Below are positions 8,737 to 17,668 of a DNA stretch of 64,000 bases, in pieces (the stretch's first letter is position 1; each line of letters starts with the position of its first letter). The position numbers and the translations under genes were made by a program. The stretch is from a phage. Under the pieces are notes generated by a model. The model saw only the letters and a list, made by a program, of their open reading frames with translations, made no database searches and was not told the DNA's origin. Location of the stretch: the NCBI GenBank assembly GCA_019326865.1, contig GCA_019326865.1_4101.1, one strand, 5' to 3'.

Positions 8737-10257
8737 ATGATTCAAAGCACAATGGATGTGAAACAATATGGGATTAATGCACAACAATACTTATTATCTC
8801 AGATTTTCAGTAATCCTGATTTATATGTACGTTGTAAAAATATCCTTAAACCTGAATATTTTGATAAAACATTTCATGAAAGTATTAAGTACGTTCATGA
8901 TTATGCTGCAAAATATAGTTCATCACCGACTTTAAAAGATATTGAAGTTAAAGGTGGTTATCAATACGATCAATATGAAGTTCAAGAATTACATAAACAA
9001 TCAGTACTGGATACATGTGGTGAATTTTGTCGACACAAAGCATTAGCATTAGCTGTGGAAAAGGGAATGGAACTTGTCCATCAGAAAAAATATGGTGGGA
9101 TAGAAGAACTAATTCGTGAAGCAATGCTGGTAACTGTACAGAATGAGTTGGGCTTGGACATTTTTGAAAATCCAGAAGATACTATTCGTTCACTAAGTTC
9201 AATGCAAGGGTCATTTAAGAGTGGATGGGAAACACTTGATTACAAACTTTTCGGTGGTTTTGGGCGTAGAGAGTTAGAGATTTTCGCGGCTGCATCAGGT
9301 GGTGGTAAATCAGTAGTGCTGCAAAATTTAGCAGTTAACTTTGCTAAAGCTGGAATGAATGGTGCATATATCTCACTAGAACTAGCTGAAGAGTTGGTTG
9401 CGGTTCGTATCTATGGTATGATGACTGAATCGAAACTCAGTAACGTAAAAAATGAAGCTGAAAAGATTGGGTTTGCTGTTAAAGTTGAAGGTAAAAACAG
9501 TGGTATGTTGCGTATTAAACGCTTACCTGAATCTGTGACAACAACTGACGATATCGAAAGTTATCTACGTGAATTACAAATTAAGATGGAAATCAAACTT
9601 GATTATGTATGTGTGGACTATTTGGACCTATTAACTTCTAATCGTCTTGGTCCAAATGATAAATCCAATACATTTACTAAAGATAAATTTGTATCAGAAG
9701 AATTACGTGCTCTTGCATCCAAAATGGATTTGACTGTATTCACTGCATCTCAGTTTAACCGTAGTGGTATGGATGAAGATAAGAAAAGTCAAAGTCAGAT
9801 TGCTGGTGGTATTTCAAAAATTTATACTGCGGATAACGTAATTTATATTGAAGCAAAAAAAGAAACTGGGGAATTATGGTTTGATTTTCAAAAAACACGT
9901 AACAGTAGTGCAGTAGGTTCTCGCTTACGTATGTCATATGATATTGACTCATTGCGAGTTCTTGATCACGCAACTACAGTACAACAAATGGAAACAGAAG
10001 GCAACGGGTTCCGTCACAGTGGTGTTTCTAAGATTGGTGGAGGAAATATGGCATTACCACCTAGTACAATGCAAACATTGCGTCATACGCTTTCTGGTGC
10101 ATCAAATCCATTATCTACACAACCAAACAAACAAGTATTACTAAATACTGAGAGTGCTCCTAACACCACAACACAAAATGAATTACAGCCCCCGCAGCCA
10201 CATGCAGGTTCTGAACGTGCTCACGCAATGAAGCAATGGTTAAATCAAAGGAAATAA
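8737..10257 (+). CDS. DnaB-family replicative DNA helicase
   Basis: Walker A AAASGGGKS, Walker B VCVDYLDLL, TASQFNRS motif; 506 aa. Confidence 0.75.
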   Translation: MIQSTMDVKQYGINAQQYLLSQIFSNPDLYVRCKNILKPEYFDKTFHESIKYVHDYAAKYSSSPTLKDIEVKGGYQYDQYEVQELHKQSVLDTCGEFCRHKALALAVEKGMELVHQKKYGGIEELIREAMLVTVQNELGLDIFENPEDTIRSLSSMQGSFKSGWETLDYKLFGGFGRRELEIFAAASGGGKSVVLQNLAVNFAKAGMNGAYISLELAEELVAVRIYGMMTESKLSNVKNEAEKIGFAVKVEGKNSGMLRIKRLPESVTTTDDIESYLRELQIKMEIKLDYVCVDYLDLLTSNRLGPNDKSNTFTKDKFVSEELRALASKMDLTVFTASQFNRSGMDEDKKSQSQIAGGISKIYTADNVIYIEAKKETGELWFDFQKTRNSSAVGSRLRMSYDIDSLRVLDHATTVQQMETEGNGFRHSGVSKIGGGNMALPPSTMQTLRHTLSGASNPLSTQPNKQVLLNTESAPNTTTQNELQPPQPHAGSERAHAMKQWLNQRK

Positions 10258-10260
10258 TAA

Positions 10261-10533
10261 ATGTCTAGTAAATCCAATAAAAAGAATCTACTTGATAGTA
10301 TAGTTGACTATACCCCAGAGAAAGATACGTTACAGAGTTTTAGTAATCGTGCAGATCATGCAATAAACTCTGTGATACATTTATTGGAGAGCATTGAAGA
10401 TGAATTTAACCAAACTGATGCTGAAGATTTGAAAAAGCGTTTATTTCTAAGTATAAAAAACCGAGATTATAAAAAGTTTCAAAAAGGGTTAGAGAACATA
10501 GCACTTGATGAAAAACGTAATAAGGGTAATTAA
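10261..10533 (+). CDS. hypothetical protein
   Basis: 90-aa ORF immediately after helicase stop. Confidence 0.45.
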   Translation: MSSKSNKKNLLDSIVDYTPEKDTLQSFSNRADHAINSVIHLLESIEDEFNQTDAEDLKKRLFLSIKNRDYKKFQKGLENIALDEKRNKGN

Positions 10534-10534
10534 T

Positions 10535-10699
10535 ATGAAGAAAAAGAATATTAAAGAGAATGCATCCACAGCATCTACTTCGGCAGGTGCAATTGCATCT
10601 GTCAGTACTGGTTTACATTATCCATTACATCGTAGATTGCCTCCAACTAACTTCTTTGGGTATAAAATAGTAGATATAAAAGATAAGGATAAAGAATGA
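10535..10699 (+). CDS. hypothetical small protein
   Basis: Short ORF; ATG at 10535 chosen over overlapping 10505. Confidence 0.3.
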   Translation: MKKKNIKENASTASTSAGAIASVSTGLHYPLHRRLPPTNFFGYKIVDIKDKDKE

Positions 10700-11088
10700 A
10701 ACCATATACTTTCTACACGATACATACTGTAGTAGATATTGGTGACGGTAAAACTCCAACAATCATAGATTCAAAATTCACTGGTGCTATGAACTTGTCT
10801 AGGTTGTTGGAAGCAATTATGGTATATGATTATCCTATGATGGTAAGTGTTGTTAAAAATGAAGTTGATTTATATAAAGATAATAATTCATCTTTTTATA
10901 ATATACCAATTTCATGGGGTAAATGTACAATAAGCACATTTAAATTCGCTATACCAATGGACGTCGAACTTCGATTACATGGTATTCCATTAGTTCTACC
11001 AACTGAACTAAATGGGAAACGAATAACTAAATTTATTACATCTGGTGATGATATCAACATTAGCATCAGTAAACAGACCTTTTCTTAA
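10696..11088 (+). CDS. hypothetical protein
   Basis: 130-aa ORF, start overlaps upstream stop. Confidence 0.5.
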   Translation: MKPYTFYTIHTVVDIGDGKTPTIIDSKFTGAMNLSRLLEAIMVYDYPMMVSVVKNEVDLYKDNNSSFYNIPISWGKCTISTFKFAIPMDVELRLHGIPLVLPTELNGKRITKFITSGDDINISISKQTFS

Positions 11089-11144
11089 TTGTGATAAATA
11101 TCATAAAGCAAGACAGAGGTCTTTTTTTATTTTATGGAGAAAAT

Positions 11145-12089
11145 ATGGATATAAATCAAACAGCAACCGAACTTCAAAAGTTCGCAGACGCACATAATTT
11201 GAATGTTGATGTTTCTGTCATTCTTGATAATATGGATGCAGGTGATTTCATTACTTTAAATTCTGCGATTGATAATTCTGATAATCGTGAAATATTTCAA
11301 ATTTTGCAAAAATATAAAGCACAGATGAGTGAGTGTTATGAATATTTCAGTTCTAATAATTTAAATAAACATATCAATGAAAGTACTGAGCTACATAGCA
11401 TTGTTGATGCAATGACTCTAACACAACTGGAAGAGACATACACTAAAAAATATACTTATTCTGAAACATCAAAGCTAACGACCCAAGAATTAAAAGCGAT
11501 TGTATTTGAAGATTTTCAAAATCAAGCAACCCAAATGCAATCTAAACAAATTGCTAAAATGAATGTTTCCCAAGGTCAACAACAAGTTAATCCACAAACT
11601 CAAGCTAAAATGAAACAGGCTGAGTTACAAAGGAACGCTAATAATATGAAAGTTAGTGTTCCTGGAACACAAAGCGGTACGGATTCAGTAGAGCCTGTTG
11701 TTGGTGTAGATCCAGGTCAAACACCTGAGCAAACATTGGTAATTACTAAAAGCGGTACTAAACCAAATGAGTTAAATGTTTTCCCATTGAATGATGTGAA
11801 TCCAATCGATAGCCAAAATAATCCAATACGCGAGGAAAAATCTCCACAGGAAATTAACAGTGAATTAATGGGAGATGCAAGTTTAGAGCCTGATAGTAAT
11901 CCTGATTCACCATCACCATTATCACATCATGCACCAGGTATGGGTGAAATGATTCATGCTATTTCTGATATTGAAAAGGAAGATGATATTTACGGTGACG
12001 AAAGTGTAATGGCAAATCAGTCTCAATCGGATAATGATGATATGGTAGATCAAATTATTGATTATTGTCATCGTATGCGAGGTCGTTAA
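11145..12089 (+). CDS. hypothetical acidic Q-rich protein
   Basis: Start at 11145 after GGAGA RBS; Q/N-rich, acidic C-terminus. Confidence 0.5.
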   Translation: MDINQTATELQKFADAHNLNVDVSVILDNMDAGDFITLNSAIDNSDNREIFQILQKYKAQMSECYEYFSSNNLNKHINESTELHSIVDAMTLTQLEETYTKKYTYSETSKLTTQELKAIVFEDFQNQATQMQSKQIAKMNVSQGQQQVNPQTQAKMKQAELQRNANNMKVSVPGTQSGTDSVEPVVGVDPGQTPEQTLVITKSGTKPNELNVFPLNDVNPIDSQNNPIREEKSPQEINSELMGDASLEPDSNPDSPSPLSHHAPGMGEMIHAISDIEKEDDIYGDESVMANQSQSDNDDMVDQIIDYCHRMRGR

Positions 12090-12307
12090 TGAGAACAGTA
12101 ATGAATGTGTATGGTCACAATACGATGGTTTCTAATGAAGAATACAAACTATTACAAAAGATAAAAGCACGTGGAACTGTTCCAGTTGAAAAGGTTAATG
12201 AATATTATCAAGAACTTGCTGATAAAATGGTATCACGTGGTGTTCTAAATAAAATAGAAAATGTTGACGGTACTGAATCATATCAAACAGTTAGGAGTAG
12301 TAAATGA
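12089..12307 (+). CDS. hypothetical protein
   Basis: ATG overlaps upstream stop (TAATG), GAGGT RBS. Confidence 0.5.
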   Translation: MRTVMNVYGHNTMVSNEEYKLLQKIKARGTVPVEKVNEYYQELADKMVSRGVLNKIENVDGTESYQTVRSSK

Positions 12308-12981
12308 ATTACGAATATGATCAACAATCAGTCAATCAGATGGCTGATTTGTTAAGTGGTCTTAATGATATTGAAGCTGGTGAGACACATGATGCGGCTG
12401 GTGTACCATATAAAGCTAGTGGTGATATTGGTGCAATGACTGCTATTTTAACTTCATTAAATGAAGCGGGTATGGATTATGGTATTGAACCTGAACAGAC
12501 ACATCCGAAGGTTGTGTCATATAACGCACCATTTAACGAACACATGAATGGACAACAACATGTTCAGCCTGTGATGCAACGTTCACCTTCTAAACCGAAA
12601 ACCAATTGGAGTTTAGTAGAAGAAAAGGTACAAGGCACGAAATCTACTAAAGTTTATAGTATTAAGTGTAACCATAGTTCACAAATTATCATGAATAATA
12701 TTATGATGTATGAAGCAGCACTTACTTTAGTTAACCTTCTTAACGAAGGGCGAATGTTGACAGATGCTAAAGTTCTTGGTATAATTAGTTCGGGTTTGCA
12801 ATACACAAATGTAATAAGCGAAGCATTAAAAGCAGCCCATAAACGCCAACGTGTACTTAATGAATCAAAGTATGATGAAGCAAAAGATTTAGATATAATC
12901 ATTGCAGAAAAGAAAGCAGAAGCGTATAAATTAAAAGAGCGTGTATTAAACTTTCTTAAAAATGAAGGGTACATCACTTGA
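12304..12981 (+). CDS. hypothetical protein
   Basis: 225-aa ORF. Confidence 0.5.
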   Translation: MNYEYDQQSVNQMADLLSGLNDIEAGETHDAAGVPYKASGDIGAMTAILTSLNEAGMDYGIEPEQTHPKVVSYNAPFNEHMNGQQHVQPVMQRSPSKPKTNWSLVEEKVQGTKSTKVYSIKCNHSSQIIMNNIMMYEAALTLVNLLNEGRMLTDAKVLGIISSGLQYTNVISEALKAAHKRQRVLNESKYDEAKDLDIIIAEKKAEAYKLKERVLNFLKNEGYIT

Positions 12982-14729
12982 TTATAGATGAATTGAAGAA
13001 ATTCTTAAAAAGCAAAAACAAAAAAACATGGGTTAAGTTGGTAAGCAATAATGAAGTGTATTTTAAATATGTTCGTGAATTATTCCCAACTAAACCCATG
13101 AATGAAGCATTGTATCTTATAATGAACGATATGGTATGTGCACCATCTGCCCCATGTGGCTCTGAATGTAAATTTATTAATGGTTCATATGATAAGTATT
13201 GTTCTAAGCCAACAAAACCAAACAAAAATCGTGATAATGGTTTTTGTGTAGTATGCAATGAGCATTGGAAGAACGCCAAACTCAAAAATACTAAACAAAA
13301 ATGCCTTGATGCTTATGGAGTCGAATATCATTGGCAAAGAAATGATGTGAAGGACAAAATAAAAAGTACTAATATGAAACGATATGGCGTTGAGCACAAT
13401 TCGCATATCGAACATGTTCTTGAAAAAAGAAAGGAAACCTTCATTAAAAGATATGGTGTTGAATCACCTTTAGCATCTGTTGAAATTCGTGATAAGATAA
13501 AAGCAACAAACATTGAAAAATATGGTGTTGAAAATTATGGAAGTACTGATGAATGTATAGAAAAACGAAATAAAACAATGATGGATTTATATGGTGTTAA
13601 TAATGCACAACATGTAACGAAATTTTTAAATGAATCAAAGGTTACGAAAGCTAAAATTAGGTATGATAAAATTTTATCTATTATTAACCCTTCATATAAA
13701 GAACTTTTTGAATATGATGACTTGATAGATTCAACTAATGAAAGTAAACTTCCGTATTATTGTGAAATACACAAAGGGCTGTTTTATAGTAATTATAAAT
13801 ATGGTATAGTTTGTAGTGTTTGTAATCCACCCGTGTATAGTTCCATACAAAATGAAATAAAGAATTTTGTATCAACATTGACTGAATGTGACATTATTAT
13901 GAATGATCGAAGTAATGGGTATGAATATGATATATACATCCCTGAACTCCAGATAGCAATAGAAGTTAATGGAATGTATTGGCACAAAAGTGATATGGTT
14001 GATAAGTATTATCATAGGACAAAAACAATAAATTCGATTGAACGTGGAATTAGATTGATACATATATTTGAAGATGAATGGTACAGTAAACAGGAAATTA
14101 TTAAAAATAGATTAATGAACGTTTTTCAATGTTCTAGTAAGATTTATGCCAGAAAATGTATTGTTAAAAAAATTAACACAAATATTTGTTATGATTTCTT
14201 GAACACTAATCACATACAAGGATATACTAAAACTGGAATAAACTATGGTTTGTTTTATAAACAAGAACTGATTGCAGTAATGACGTTCAGTAAAAGTCGA
14301 TATGATAAAAAATTTGAATATGAGCTAATACGATATTGCTCACGTGGAACGGTTGTTGGTGGGGCTGGTAAATTATTGTCTGCATTTGAGCGTGATTACA
14401 AACCATTGTCGTTGATGAGCTACGCAGACTTGAATTGGGGTTCTGGGCAGTTATACATATCTCTTAATTTTGAAAATTTGGGATATACCGAACCCAAATA
14501 TTTTTATTATGATCCAAAAACAAAACAGCGTTTTTCTAGACAAAAATTTAGAAAACATAAATTGATTGAAATGGGCCACGACTCATCTAAAACTGAAGAA
14601 GAGATATGCTTAGGTGAAATTGGATTGTATAAAATATACGATTCTGGCAATTGCAAATTTGCTAAATATTATTACAACATAAACATTACAGGAGATATTG
14701 AAAAATGTCCAAATCGTACAAAAAACTAA
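12978..14729 (+). CDS. putative homing-endonuclease-like protein (tandem repeats + nuclease motif)
   Basis: Cys-rich N-terminus; five ~22-aa repeats with [KR]YGVE core; later DIYIPELQIAIEVNGMYWH resembling Vsr/DUF559-type endonuclease motif; 583 aa. Confidence 0.45.
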   Translation: MIIDELKKFLKSKNKKTWVKLVSNNEVYFKYVRELFPTKPMNEALYLIMNDMVCAPSAPCGSECKFINGSYDKYCSKPTKPNKNRDNGFCVVCNEHWKNAKLKNTKQKCLDAYGVEYHWQRNDVKDKIKSTNMKRYGVEHNSHIEHVLEKRKETFIKRYGVESPLASVEIRDKIKATNIEKYGVENYGSTDECIEKRNKTMMDLYGVNNAQHVTKFLNESKVTKAKIRYDKILSIINPSYKELFEYDDLIDSTNESKLPYYCEIHKGLFYSNYKYGIVCSVCNPPVYSSIQNEIKNFVSTLTECDIIMNDRSNGYEYDIYIPELQIAIEVNGMYWHKSDMVDKYYHRTKTINSIERGIRLIHIFEDEWYSKQEIIKNRLMNVFQCSSKIYARKCIVKKINTNICYDFLNTNHIQGYTKTGINYGLFYKQELIAVMTFSKSRYDKKFEYELIRYCSRGTVVGGAGKLLSAFERDYKPLSLMSYADLNWGSGQLYISLNFENLGYTEPKYFYYDPKTKQRFSRQKFRKHKLIEMGHDSSKTEEEICLGEIGLYKIYDSGNCKFAKYYYNINITGDIEKCPNRTKN

Positions 14730-15340
14730 TGGAAACTGCTTCTCGTGCTGAAGCAATGAAATTCATTAAATTGAATGAATCTAACATTGAAAAGGCGGAA
14801 ATCGTCCTTTCAGTTAAAGGTGAAATTGTTGATAAATTACAACGTCAATCAGAGGTTATTAATAACATGGGTGTTGACGTATTAGGCCCACTACTAGATC
14901 GTATTAAAGCAGAACAAGGTCTAGATGCTGCTCAGAATTTTAGTGATAATGTTCGTCATCTACTACAACATGCGGTAGCCACATTGATGGATGTAAAAGA
15001 TAAAATCAGTACAGAAACACTCAAATTGACTGGTGATATTACCGATGGTCCTGATGTTTCTGATATTGGCAGTGAAGACGTTGATATTGATATTGCAGCC
15101 GATACACCAACTTTTGATATGGATGCTGATGCAGATTTTGAAGATGATATTATTTCTGAACCAGTTCCAACCGAGCGTGAAATGAAGGAATCGGTAAAAC
15201 CACGTAAAGTTGGAGTAAAAATGGAAAGTATTCGTGGTACTGTAGGTACTAAATACTTTAGTTCAAAAGATGAAATGAAAACCTGGCTCTCAGAGAATGA
15301 AAAGAAAGTCAAGCGTGTTCTAGGATATGTTAAAAAATAA
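14705..15340 (+). CDS. hypothetical acidic protein
   Basis: 211-aa ORF, D/E-rich central region. Confidence 0.5.
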   Translation: MSKSYKKLMETASRAEAMKFIKLNESNIEKAEIVLSVKGEIVDKLQRQSEVINNMGVDVLGPLLDRIKAEQGLDAAQNFSDNVRHLLQHAVATLMDVKDKISTETLKLTGDITDGPDVSDIGSEDVDIDIAADTPTFDMDADADFEDDIISEPVPTEREMKESVKPRKVGVKMESIRGTVGTKYFSSKDEMKTWLSENEKKVKRVLGYVKK

Positions 15341-15356
15341 TTAAGGATAAATCTAC

Positions 15357-15692
15357 ATGAGATTTAGTGATCTTACTGAAGAGGCTCCTGGTAAGGATAT
15401 ACGCAATATGATTACTACTATTGCGTTGTCTTTAATGTCAACGGGCCGAGAAGATGTAAATGTTCAATCTTTGATTTCAGAAATCAAAAAGAGAACTAAT
15501 ATTGATGTTCCATACAATGTAATGATGGATATTTTGAATTCCCTTCCTTTTGTACAGGATGCCAATTCCGATGTTGTAACTTTTGTTGGAAATTCAGAAG
15601 AAGGTTCAGGTGAATTAGAACAAGATTCTGAAGATCAAGTTGAAGATTGGGCAACAAAAGCTGCGGTGTCAGCAAATAAACAAAAAAACTGA
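15357..15692 (+). CDS. hypothetical protein
   Basis: 111-aa ORF, acidic. Confidence 0.5.
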   Translation: MRFSDLTEEAPGKDIRNMITTIALSLMSTGREDVNVQSLISEIKKRTNIDVPYNVMMDILNSLPFVQDANSDVVTFVGNSEEGSGELEQDSEDQVEDWATKAAVSANKQKN

Positions 15693-15708
15693 GACAAATA
15701 AAAATATA

Positions 15709-15717
15709 ATGCTATAA
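15709..15717 (+). promoter_or_regulatory. extended -10 promoter element (TGcTATAAT)
   Basis: TGcTATAAT just upstream of RBS and start at 15732. Confidence 0.4.
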
Positions 15718-15731
15718 TTAGGAGTACACGG

Positions 15732-16451
15732 ATGTACACACCACCAATTGTTAGCAGATATACATATGTTGGTTATAATAGAATTGAAGGCGGCCCCGAA
15801 GGTCGCCTTTATTCAACTCCAACGGGTAATCTGCCGTCAGTAACAACAATTCTAAGTGCGACCTCAAATGATGAGGGATTAAAGAAGTGGAGAGAATTTG
15901 TTGGTGAAGAAAAGGCTAATGAAATTACATTAGAAGCATGTACTGTTGGTACTTTTATGCATGAGAACTTAGAATTTAGATTAGAAGGTAAACCAGATCA
16001 TGAAGGTGGGATGCCAATCCGAGTTCTTGCACGTAGAATGGCTGATAAGATTCAGCAAGAGGCATGGCCTAGAATTAATGAAGTGTGGGGACAGGAAGTT
16101 CCATTATACTATGAAGGGTTATGGGCTGGAACTACAGACCTAGTGGGTGTTCATGATGGAATTCCCACCATTATGGATTATAAAAATTCTCGCAAGGTTA
16201 AGAATTGGGCACAAATTGAAAATTATCGTATGCAGATTGCAGCGTATGCATTAGCACATAATCAAATGTTTGGGACGAATATTGAACGTGGTGTGATTTT
16301 CATCTGTGTAAGAAAAGATCCTAATAATCTACAATATCAAGAGTTTGTTATTGAAGGACAAGACTTCAAGGATGCTGTTAATATGTGGATTGAGCGTGTT
16401 GAGCAATACTATATTTTGCGTGGAGAAATTGAATCAAATGGAGCAGCATAA
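15732..16451 (+). CDS. PD-(D/E)XK family nuclease (RecB/Cas4-like)
   Basis: Motifs GTTDLVGV and IMDYKNSRK fit D...D/E-x-K; 239 aa. Confidence 0.55.
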   Translation: MYTPPIVSRYTYVGYNRIEGGPEGRLYSTPTGNLPSVTTILSATSNDEGLKKWREFVGEEKANEITLEACTVGTFMHENLEFRLEGKPDHEGGMPIRVLARRMADKIQQEAWPRINEVWGQEVPLYYEGLWAGTTDLVGVHDGIPTIMDYKNSRKVKNWAQIENYRMQIAAYALAHNQMFGTNIERGVIFICVRKDPNNLQYQEFVIEGQDFKDAVNMWIERVEQYYILRGEIESNGAA

Positions 16452-16455
16452 AAAA

Positions 16456-16992
16456 ATGAAACAAGACCTATATACAATTCGTGCATTGGAAAGTAAAGGG
16501 TATAATTTGGAAGAAATCATTAAACTGAGTGAACAAGAAATTGATAATCTTGATTTATCACATAAACTGATTCTAAATATCAAAGATTATAAACAGCGTG
16601 GTGCAAAACCAGTAGAAGAAATTAAAGAACAAATTGCACAAGATATTAGTATCGATGAGGTATCACGCAATGTCCCGCCAGAAGTAATTCAAGAGTATGC
16701 TGTTAATAGTGATGAGCAATTGAAAGTTTCTGAAGAAGTTGAAACTATTACAGAAGAACTTACCCCTGAAGTAGAAGAAGATGAAATTGTTATTGAGCGT
16801 GTAGTTTCTTCTAAAGAAGATTTGGATATTATCAAAGAAGCACTACAAACAAAAGAACTTAAAAGTGTATCCAGTTATGTAAAACATCTAAAATCTCTAG
16901 TTCCAGAACAAATTCTCTCTTCTGTAGATAGCTCAGTTGTATCACAACTAATCAATGAGCGTATTACTGAAGTTAAAGAAAAAGCTAAATAA
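16456..16992 (+). CDS. hypothetical acidic protein
   Basis: Start at 16456 after GGAG RBS; E-rich. Confidence 0.5.
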   Translation: MKQDLYTIRALESKGYNLEEIIKLSEQEIDNLDLSHKLILNIKDYKQRGAKPVEEIKEQIAQDISIDEVSRNVPPEVIQEYAVNSDEQLKVSEEVETITEELTPEVEEDEIVIERVVSSKEDLDIIKEALQTKELKSVSSYVKHLKSLVPEQILSSVDSSVVSQLINERITEVKEKAK

Positions 16993-17020
16993 TCCTATAA
17001 TACTATAGGAGATGGTTTTT

Positions 17021-17602
17021 ATGGCACAACAACAAATTGCGTTACAACAAGTAAGAACTGGTAAACAGCGAGATTTACCAGATGCATTAGAAAAAGGTCA
17101 GATTGGATTCAGTACTGATGTGGGTCGTGTTTTCATCGGTCTTCCATCATCATCTGACCCTGCCAGTTTAGTTGCTGGTAGAACGTGGACAACTGACCCT
17201 AATTCGGGTAAAGAAAACGTTGAAATAATTACAGAATTTTCGCCGTGGCGAACGGTTTCTAAAATAATCAACAGACCGTTTAAAGTTGACCTTCCACTAA
17301 ATCAAGAAAAAATTGAAGTTATTCTTGAAAGTGATAGTCGAGTGTTTATTGATTATATTGCATATGATGATTCTGAAGAAGTATTGGAATCTGGAACCGT
17401 GCAAATTGTAACTATTGGAAACAAATCAATGTTTGCACAGTCTAATAATACAAATCGAAATGATGCAATTATCTCGATTTCATTTGAAGATCCTGCATAT
17501 GATTCCACAACTGGAAATATGCAATTTAACATAGTAAATTCGGATTATTTAAATTCAGGATATCATATAGAATTTGTATATCGTGGGTGGGACAAACCTT
17601 AA
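17021..17602 (+). CDS. hypothetical protein
   Basis: Start at 17021 after GGAGA RBS; terminator follows. Confidence 0.55.
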   Translation: MAQQQIALQQVRTGKQRDLPDALEKGQIGFSTDVGRVFIGLPSSSDPASLVAGRTWTTDPNSGKENVEIITEFSPWRTVSKIINRPFKVDLPLNQEKIEVILESDSRVFIDYIAYDDSEEVLESGTVQIVTIGNKSMFAQSNNTNRNDAIISISFEDPAYDSTTGNMQFNIVNSDYLNSGYHIEFVYRGWDKP

Positions 17603-17622
17603 AAGGCGGTCCCGCCTTTTTC
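17601..17622 (+). terminator. rho-independent terminator
   Basis: aggcg-gtcc-cgcct hairpin then TTTTT. Confidence 0.7.
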
Positions 17623-17668
17623 TTCCACTAAAAAAAGAAATTTACATCAAAAAAAACAAGGATGACAC

